Shown here one piece after another: positions 7,611 through 13,396 of a stretch of DNA of 13,396 bases. Location: assembly GCA_027491395.1 (NCBI GenBank), contig JAOZFI010000060.1:1-13396 (forward strand). Direction: 5' to 3'. A program made the position numbers and the translations under genes. Position 1 is the stretch's first letter. Each line of letters opens with the position of its first letter. This DNA comes from Thermoproteota archaeon (GTDB taxonomy: Archaea > Korarchaeota > Korarchaeia > Korarchaeales > Korarchaeaceae). The notes beneath the pieces are model-generated. The model saw only the letters and a program-made list of their open reading frames with translations. It ran no database searches and was not told the DNA's origin.

Positions 7611-9415
7611 ACGGTTGGGACCTCCCTTGATCTTGAGAGTATGTCGTATATCACGAGTTCCACGTCCCTCCTCCTCTTGTCGTCCCTCTCTATCTCCTCT
7701 AAGATGAGTCTGGCCTCCCTGTTCAGCATTAGACTCTTTCCGCTCTCTGAAAGCCTTCCAAGGCCCTCCCTGATCAGCACCCTTATTATCATGTTGATCG
7801 TGCCGCTCCCCATGGCAGGGGGGTTGGTTCCGGCACCCGCATACACGGAGTCCATGCTTGCCACGATCGCGTTGATGAGGGTGTTTATCCTCTTGGAGGT
7901 CTTCGCTCTCTTCAGCTCCCTTATGAGGGAACTAAGGATGGAGGAGGCTGCCTGCCTCAGGAGCTTGTCCTCGCTTAACCCTTCGCTCTTAACCTGCCTG
8001 ACCGCCGCGGGAACCATCAGCTGGCTCAATACTTCCGGCATGTCCCTCTCGAAGTTCCCCCTCTCTCTGAGGAAGGTCAGGGCCCTCTCCCCCTCCAGCA
8101 GGTAGGCCACCCTGAACAGGTCGGGGTCCGCGGTGAGGAGCGCGAAGGGCCTGCCTCCCCTCCTCATCTCCGCCTCCACCTCGGCCATCTCCTCGAGATC
8201 CGCGTCCGTCACGGATATCACGAGGAGGGGGTTCTCCAGCAGTCTGATTATCTGATCCCTCCCCCTGACCCAGTAATCACCGAACTTGATCTCCACCGCC
8301 ACCCTGCCCACCAATACATCTCCCTTCCTCCCGGCGTTAGCGTCGTATGTCCACACTAGGAATTGGCCGTCCGACACGGCTCCCTGAGCGGACAGCCTTT
8401 CAGGTGAGAACACCGCTATGTAGTCCCTGACCTCGTCGCCCAATCTCACCTTGAAGGGGAAGCTCCTCATCTCCCTAGTGAGGAACTCCCTGACCATCTC
8501 CTCCACCACGCTCCCTTCCTCGACCCTCGAGAGGAGGGTGGCATCTTCCCTCACGCTCCTAAGAACCTCCTCTGAGAGATCCACTAGGTTCTTCACTATC
8601 CCCCCGATCTCCCTAGTCAGGGCCAAGTCCTTAGCCACCTTCTCCATGAGGGGATAGAGTGCCGGGAATATCCTCTCTATTAAGGAGGCGTATTCAGGAC
8701 TGTAAGCCATCCAAAGGGCGAGGATCTTCTTGGCAGCTTCCACTCCTGCCCTCTCCCTCTCCTCATCGGACATGGAGAGCTTGAACATCCTCGACCTCTC
8801 TAAGAGCCTGTTCGCCAAGGCCCTGTCGCTCATCAGGGCCTCCTGGGCCCTCTTGGAAAGGAGGAGGATAACTGAGCCTCTTGGAGGGGAGCCGTGGCCC
8901 TCGGTCACCCACCTGACCACATCGGCAAGGTCCTCCAGTTTCTCCCTCCTTCCCCTCTCAAGGTCACGGAGGAGTTGATCCACCTCATCTATTATCAGGA
9001 CTACAGGCCCTTCAACATCCAGTTTCTCCACCAGGAGGTCCCTCACATCCGTCAACGGATCCAAGGTCACGAACCTGGGCTCGGCCTCACCCTCCTCCCT
9101 TATTGCCCTGAGAAGAAGTCTCCCGAGCTGGGTCTTGCCCGAGCCGTACTCCCCCACTATTCTGGCGATGAAGCCCCTCCAGTCCCTGTCACTCAGGTGC
9201 GAGAGAACTAGGTCCATGGTCCCCCCTAGGGACCCCGTGCCCACGAAGAGATCCTTAATCATGGAGAGGGGGGCTTCGATAGGCCTCCTGTCGGCCCAGC
9301 AGCTCAGTATCTCCCTGATAGTGGTGGGTCTATACCTCCTGAACCTCTCCGCTAGCTCCCTCACCTCCTTCAGGGTGGGCCAGTACTCCGAGTAGAGCTC
9401 GCTCAAATGGACCAC
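7607..9415 (-). CDS. AAA+/P-loop ATPase fused to a PD-(D/E)XK nuclease-like domain and a C-terminal winged helix
   Basis: Walker A GEYGSGKT (about 9131-9154), Walker B VVLIIDEVD, sensor-1 strand VILLLS, Arg-finger-like ALANRL. Then EGSVVEEMVREFL...SDG...VAVEIKFG...RDQI (PD-(D/E)XK motifs I-IV) and a C-terminal TINMIIRVLIREGLGRLSESGKSL wHTH. The true start is probably TTG 9406, which overlaps the upstream stop as TTGA and has AGGTGG 5 nt upstream. Confidence 0.8.
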   Translation of the reverse strand: MVHLSELYSEYWPTLKEVRELAERFRRYRPTTIREILSCWADRRPIEAPLSMIKDLFVGTGSLGGTMDLVLSHLSDRDWRGFIARIVGEYGSGKTQLGRLLLRAIREEGEAEPRFVTLDPLTDVRDLLVEKLDVEGPVVLIIDEVDQLLRDLERGRREKLEDLADVVRWVTEGHGSPPRGSVILLLSKRAQEALMSDRALANRLLERSRMFKLSMSDEERERAGVEAAKKILALWMAYSPEYASLIERIFPALYPLMEKVAKDLALTREIGGIVKNLVDLSEEVLRSVREDATLLSRVEEGSVVEEMVREFLTREMRSFPFKVRLGDEVRDYIAVFSPERLSAQGAVSDGQFLVWTYDANAGRKGDVLVGRVAVEIKFGDYWVRGRDQIIRLLENPLLVISVTDADLEEMAEVEAEMRRGGRPFALLTADPDLFRVAYLLEGERALTFLRERGNFERDMPEVLSQLMVPAAVRQVKSEGLSEDKLLRQAASSILSSLIRELKRAKTSKRINTLINAIVASMDSVYAGAGTNPPAMGSGTINMIIRVLIREGLGRLSESGKSLMLNREARLILEEIERDDKRRRDVELVIYDILSRSREVPTV

Positions 9416-10116
9416 CTGGCCTCTATCTTGGCCTTGGAGGGAATTACCAGCTCGCTGAAAGTCTCTCCAGTTATCCTATCCTGCCAAGTTGCGAAGATCT
9501 TGCCCTTGAGGTTCCCGGGAAGTCTATCAAGGTCCCCAGCCCCCTCCAACACGTCCCTGTGCTTCTCCAGCACTGGAACGGATATCAGGCCCTTCCTCCA
9601 CAGGGAGACTATCACATCCCTAACCTCATCCCCGTAAGCCTTCCTGAGCGTCCCGTAAGTGACGGACCCCTTGCTTCTCACCTCCTCAAGCACTTTGTCC
9701 TCCCTAGTCAGGGTGAGGACGGGCACCTTCCTCTCCTTGAGGGCGTCGGCCTGCTTGAGCCAAGAGATTATGGCCCTCGCCTCGGTGCTCGATACCCTCT
9801 TTCCCTCCTTCCTGAGGGCCGATGAGAGGCTGGCAGGGGTTAGGGGGATCATTCCCTTGGAGAGTGATTCTATCGCCCTCATCAAGCTGTACTCTTCCGC
9901 CAGAACTGAGATCAGCTCGTTCGAGAAGTCCTCAAGCGAGTTGAAGTTCTTGACCCTCTCCCTGATCCATGAGAGGGTCTTGACGTACTGAGAGGCCGTC
10001 CTATTGCTCTTCAACCGGAGCTTTGACTTCACCTCTTCTTGAGATGGATTCTCCAGTGAGACCGCCAACCTGTAGAGGTTCTTGAGCGGTAGAGGGTAGA
10101 ATTGGGCTGGCATCAT
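9403..10116 (-). CDS. Hypothetical basic protein with about 3 tandem (winged) helix-turn-helix domains
   Basis: Long ORF with host-like codon usage. HTH-like segments: SQEEVKSKLRLKSNRTASQYVKTLSW; LTPASLSSALRKEGKRVSSTEARAIISWLKQADAL; REDKVLEEVRSKGSVTYGTLRKAYGDEVRDVIVSLWRKGLI. Overlaps the ATPase start. TATA-like TTTTTCA at 10142-10136. Confidence 0.7.
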   Translation of the reverse strand: MMPAQFYPLPLKNLYRLAVSLENPSQEEVKSKLRLKSNRTASQYVKTLSWIRERVKNFNSLEDFSNELISVLAEEYSLMRAIESLSKGMIPLTPASLSSALRKEGKRVSSTEARAIISWLKQADALKERKVPVLTLTREDKVLEEVRSKGSVTYGTLRKAYGDEVRDVIVSLWRKGLISVPVLEKHRDVLEGAGDLDRLPGNLKGKIFATWQDRITGETFSELVIPSKAKIEARWSI

Positions 10117-10354
10117 TTAGGGGAGATAACGGAGCTGAAAAAGGTTTCCGGTCTGGATGCAGTGGAGTCGTGAATGTAATGAGGTGAAGCAGGGGCTGAC
10201 CTAAGGACGCTTCACCGGTGATTGGAGTACTCTTTAGCACCGACAGCAATATCGCGCGATGATGAAGGGAGCCTCAGAAGCTGCCTGACGTATAGTGTTG
10301 TGAGATGATGTGATTAAAGATTTCAATTACCTCCTTGAATCATCAATGCGGCTC

Positions 10355-10623
10355 TTATATCTCGCGTACTTTAGGAAATCCTCTAGCGAACCTCTCGAAT
10401 TCATCTCAGTCGAGAATCTGCTAAACATTCAGATCCATGCTGTCAAAGTACTCAGGAGGATCCGGCTTCCTCTTAAGTGTGATCTTGAGGGCTACGCCTC
10501 TCTCACTACGAAGACTTCATTCTCTCCTTTCAGCACCTCCCTTCTCCAATCCGCTGGAAGAACGATCCTTCCCGGATCATCTACCCTCTTTACTACTGCG
10601 TGACTTTTCGGGGTGCCACGCAA
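10355..10623 (-). pseudogene. AbrB/MazE/SpoVT-family (VapB-type antitoxin) pseudogene
   Basis: From TTG 10623: MRGTPKSHAVVKRVDDPGRIVLPADWRREVLKGENEVFVVRE, frameshift near 10495-10500, then GVALKITLKRKPDPPEYFDSMDLNV*QILD*DEFERF. Stops at 10423 (TAG) and 10408 (TGA). The KRVD..GRIVLP..WR motif is diagnostic. TATA-like CTTAAAA at about 10651-10645. Confidence 0.8.
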
Positions 10624-10771
10624 TTAAGGATTGGGCTGCGTCGATTTTAAGTTACCATCGACGATCCCGCTTAGTTACGCTTATGTGGACAATTTCCGCT
10701 TCCACAAATCAGGTTTTGAGTGGCCGCTCCACGAGCTCCATAGAGCAGATAATCTCCTAATTAAGGATCAA

Positions 10772-11127
10772 CTAGTTCCATTCAGCTTCCTTTCCCTTCA
10801 AGAAGACATTCAACCTGTTTAGGAAATTCCTCCCCAAGAGCATCTCATCTCCAGCTACAGCCTCAACGAGCCCCCTAACCATCCCCCTATCTCCACCTCT
10901 ATGAAGTAGGAGTAGCTCTCCTCTGTCGAGCCATCGTACCCCTTGATTAGGACCGTGCTTCCAGGGATTAGTTCGAGATCGCTCAGAAGCTCCCTTGGAA
11001 ATACCGTTATGTCCGCAACTGAGTCTATTAGGGCTTCCAGATCAACAAATTTTCCTCCTAGAGACCTCACCCTTACCCCCACGACGGGCGCGGGCGGGTC
11101 ATACTTCTTGGAGTAGGGAACCTTCAC
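10772..11127 (-). pseudogene. Clan AA (retropepsin-like) aspartic protease, frameshifted
   Basis: ORF 10855..11127 carries ALIDSVADITVFP (the catalytic D-S/T-G is changed to DSV). After a frameshift at the G5 run (10871-10875) another frame reads LVEAVAGDEMLLGRNFLNRLNVFLKGKEAEWN*, which has the retropepsin LLGRxFL motif. GTGA overlap with the upstream gene. Confidence 0.85.
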
Positions 11128-11318
11128 CTGATCACCCGAGGACTAGGAAGCCTAACATATCTCTCCTTGCCCACGTATCCCACGTAAATGACCGAATAGC
11201 CCACTTTCTCATAGGCTTTGAATGCTGTCTCTTCCTTGGTAGTGCCAACGGAGATCACGTCTCCATCCTTGATTGCCACGTACTTCCCCTCGTACTTCTT
11301 TCTCAATTCAGGTAACAT
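11124..11318 (-). CDS. DUF5678-like small domain (probably the 3' half of a frameshifted RHH-DUF5678 fusion)
   Basis: MLPELRKKYEGKYVAIKDGDVISVG...EETAFKAYEKVG...IYVGYV fits the DUF5678 pattern (KY.GKYVAI..G.V). The frame is open upstream (RSLEKEKEVFRR) with no start codon. Confidence 0.75.
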   Translation of the reverse strand: MLPELRKKYEGKYVAIKDGDVISVGTTKEETAFKAYEKVGYSVIYVGYVGKERYVRLPSPRVIR

Positions 11319-11344
11319 TCTCCTGAAGACCTCTTTCTCCTTCT

Positions 11345-11518
11345 CTAAGGATCTATTGCGTCCATCAACTCCGGATCCAAGAGAGATTTCCTAGCCTCCA
11401 CATACTTCCTTATCAGTTCCTCTATCACCTTCCCTCTCTTTCTTCCTCCCTTCTCCCTTAGCACCACCATTGAGAAGAGTTTCCACAGCCTGTCATCGAT
11501 CTCTATGGTCGTCTTCAT
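11345..11518 (-). CDS. Ribbon-helix-helix (CopG/VapB-like) DNA-binding domain (probably the 5' half of the fusion)
   Basis: MKTTIEIDDRLWKLFS...RGKVIEELIRKYVE is an RHH beta-alpha-alpha pattern. The start is set at ATG 11518 rather than 11602 because of the strong TATA box at 11546-11553. Confidence 0.75.
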   Translation of the reverse strand: MKTTIEIDDRLWKLFSMVVLREKGGRKRGKVIEELIRKYVEARKSLLDPELMDAIDP

Positions 11519-11545
11519 CGGTATAACCTTCCAGCCAGATTGATG

Positions 11546-11553
11546 TATATAAA
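11546..11553 (-). promoter_or_regulatory. TATA box of the RHH-DUF5678-protease operon
   Basis: Consensus TTTATATA on the minus strand, 28-35 nt upstream of ATG 11518. Confidence 0.7.
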
Positions 11554-11647
11554 TATGATTAGTAGACGCGATACCAGCTGTCGCTCTTCCGAGAATCACC
11601 AAATTAGGGGGAGATTATGATATGAAAAGGGGGGATGGAGGATAAGG

Positions 11648-13396
11648 TTAGAAGTCCATGGCCTCGTATATCTCCTTGGGAAGGCCAGGGCAGTTCCTGT
11701 CTAAGTAGTACTTGCTCACCTCTATCTGAGCCCTCAGTAGCCTCTTAAACTCGTCCATGTCTAGGTAAGTGGTCGGATCCAGCTGGCTCAGCCTCTCCTG
11801 ACTGAGGCCCGGTACCTCCTCCGGTACCAAGACCTTCTCGCCCCAAACCGGATGGGGCTTGTACTTCACCGCCCCCCTAGCCGCCTGCAGTATGAAGAGT
11901 TCGGTCTCCTCTATCGTGGGCCTCTCACCACCCACTGCTTTCGGTATCCCGTTCTTCTCCACCAGTATGGGTTCAGGGGCCTTTACCTCCCTCTCCCCCA
12001 GTTTCATCTTCACCCATCTGTACTTCGCTATTATGCGGCCCGTGTTGTTGAACACATACACCTGGATGGGATCGCCCTGCTCGATCCTCCTCTTGAGGTA
12101 TTCGTAGAACCTTACCACATGGGCGGTGTTGGGCACGCCCATGGTGAAGGGCTGGGCAAATCTAGCTACGTACCTGAGCTTCCCCACAACCTCCTTGGAC
12201 TGGGCCGGGTGCCCTATAGTTCGCCCATCAGCCAAGATCTTCGCAGCCAAGGCCGGATCCTCCACCTTCATCCAAGCCCACTCGGTGAAGTAGCCGGGAC
12301 TGAGGAATATGGCGAAGTTGAGCGGACCTGAAGACTCCACGTCGCCGTCGAAGTAACCCGTATCTTCGAGCCTCAGGACGGAGCGAGAGTTCCTGTTGGG
12401 CCTCCCGAAGTACTGGAACAGCTCTCCCTTGAATGAAGGATAGCCGTTCTCGTCGAACTCCGTGTTCTCGTGCAGGGCGTGAGGACTCATCGCAGCTCTC
12501 CACATGGCCTCATGCTCCGGCGTTAGGTCCTCCGTCTTGGTCCAAGATCCCCTCTCTGACCCTATCACCCTGTCCTCGAATATTGCCACTATGTCGTCGT
12601 TCTTGATCACTTGATCCTTGACGTAGTCGAGCGGGTTTAGGCCGAACTCCCTCTCGTACACTTTGGAGTTGTTCGGGGTCCAGACGTAGAGGCCATGAGT
12701 TGACTTTCCAGTCCCGGTGAGGCCCCATACGGCCATTACAATGCGCTTCCACTCTCCATCAACGGTCTTTACCGAAAATTCCCTTAATGCGGCGTGCTCT
12801 CCAGTCCCTCCCCTCTTATATACGTGATAGATCCAGTGGGTTAGCACAGCCTTCTTGATCTCGCCCTGATAGGAGGAGACCGTTATTATGGTGAAGTTGT
12901 GATGGGGGAACCTCATCACCATGAGCATGCGGTCGGTGCCGGGTATGTTCGGGTTCCCGAGGTAGTGGGGGACGGCAAACACCTCCACATCCGGGTCCTC
13001 TTCAGGTGGTGCATCGAAGACCAGCTGTTTCCATCGGTAGGCTAGGTCGGGGAATTGGTGATCTACGTAGACGCGAGCGTGCATCTGTGCCTTTGTGCCT
13101 GGCTTGCCCACGTAGCCATCGACCTTAATCAGGGGCCCTTGGGCAAGGATGTGCTCCAAGACCCTCATCATTAGCAGCTTGTGCTCCTCCTTCAGCTCTT
13201 CATCATCCTCTATGACGACAGTGTTCTTAGCGGAGCGGCTCCAAATGTTCGAAGCCCAATTCCACGAACCGTTCTTGTACTGAGTACCATACATCTTAGC
13301 TCTGTCAAAGAGATCTGGAGGATTATCCAGCAAGGGAACTAAGCCCGCACTTCTCTTGATATCCAATATCGCCTTGAAAGACTCCTTGAATTTTTC
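11648..13396 (-). CDS. pckA: Phosphoenolpyruvate carboxykinase (ATP-type family), divergent archaeal form; 5' end runs off the window
   Basis: YQGEIKKA (cf. YAGEMKK), metal-ligand H in GEHAA, kinase-1a GLTGTGKST, kinase-2 KNDD, ERGSWTK, HENT, NRNSR, FAQPF, VYVFNNTG. The frame stays open from 13366 to the window edge (EKFKESFKAI-LDIKR), so the real start lies outside. Confidence 0.85.
   Translation of the reverse strand, partial: EKFKESFKAILDIKRSAGLVPLLDNPPDLFDRAKMYGTQYKNGSWNWASNIWSRSAKNTVVIEDDEELKEEHKLLMMRVLEHILAQGPLIKVDGYVGKPGTKAQMHARVYVDHQFPDLAYRWKQLVFDAPPEEDPDVEVFAVPHYLGNPNIPGTDRMLMVMRFPHHNFTIITVSSYQGEIKKAVLTHWIYHVYKRGGTGEHAALREFSVKTVDGEWKRIVMAVWGLTGTGKSTHGLYVWTPNNSKVYEREFGLNPLDYVKDQVIKNDDIVAIFEDRVIGSERGSWTKTEDLTPEHEAMWRAAMSPHALHENTEFDENGYPSFKGELFQYFGRPNRNSRSVLRLEDTGYFDGDVESSGPLNFAIFLSPGYFTEWAWMKVEDPALAAKILADGRTIGHPAQSKEVVGKLRYVARFAQPFTMGVPNTAHVVRFYEYLKRRIEQGDPIQVYVFNNTGRIIAKYRWVKMKLGEREVKAPEPILVEKNGIPKAVGGERPTIEETELFILQAARGAVKYKPHPVWGEKVLVPEEVPGLSQERLSQLDPTTYLDMDEFKRLLRAQIEVSKYYLDRNCPGLPKEIYEAMDF

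Noticed and set aside
7607-9415. Calling the ATPase Cdc6/Orc1 or BREX BrxD/BrxC
   Set aside because: It lacks the recognisable Cdc6 N-terminal and 'G.TGTGKT' context and carries an extra nuclease-like domain. No other BREX genes (pglX, pglZ, brxHI) are in the window.
7641-9991. Many plus-strand ORFs opposite the ATPase operon (likewise those overlapping the ABC, membrane-protein and pckA genes)
   Set aside because: Antisense or off-frame shadows of well-supported genes, with no motifs.
10310-10822. Plus-strand ORFs 10310..10603, 10437..10760 and 10631..10822
   Set aside because: No recognisable motifs. The minus strand explains most of the region (AbrB pseudogene and protease C-terminus).
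11519-11602. N-terminal extension of the RHH ORF given in the ORF track (start 11602)
   Set aside because: It spans the consensus TATA box, and the RHH fold starts at MKTTIEID (ATG 11518).

Overview
Accessory-looking region of a thermophilic archaeon. The taxonomy is inferred from AGG/ATA-rich codon usage, TATA boxes about 25-30 nt upstream of start codons (leaderless-type genes) and archaeal gene families. In order along the window: (1) a secreted beta-propeller gene cut off by the left edge; (2) three related coiled-coil/PD-(D/E)XK genes sharing the 'FRYAVA..GY.E.L' N-terminal head (one intact, one with several stops, one truncated); (3) a faint AbrB-like remnant; (4) an ABC-2 exporter (ATPase plus permease) transcribed divergently from a membrane protein plus winged-helix regulator; (5) an intact, translationally coupled two-gene operon encoding a tandem winged-helix protein and an AAA+ ATPase-PD-(D/E)XK nuclease-wHTH fusion, the best candidate here for an undescribed defence or DNA-processing system; (6) an AbrB antitoxin pseudogene; (7) an RHH-DUF5678 plus retropepsin-like aspartic protease operon with both genes apparently frameshifted; (8) an ATP-type PEP carboxykinase cut off by the right edge. 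No rRNA, tRNA, CRISPR array or transposase was recognised. All family calls come from motifs read by eye, without database searches.
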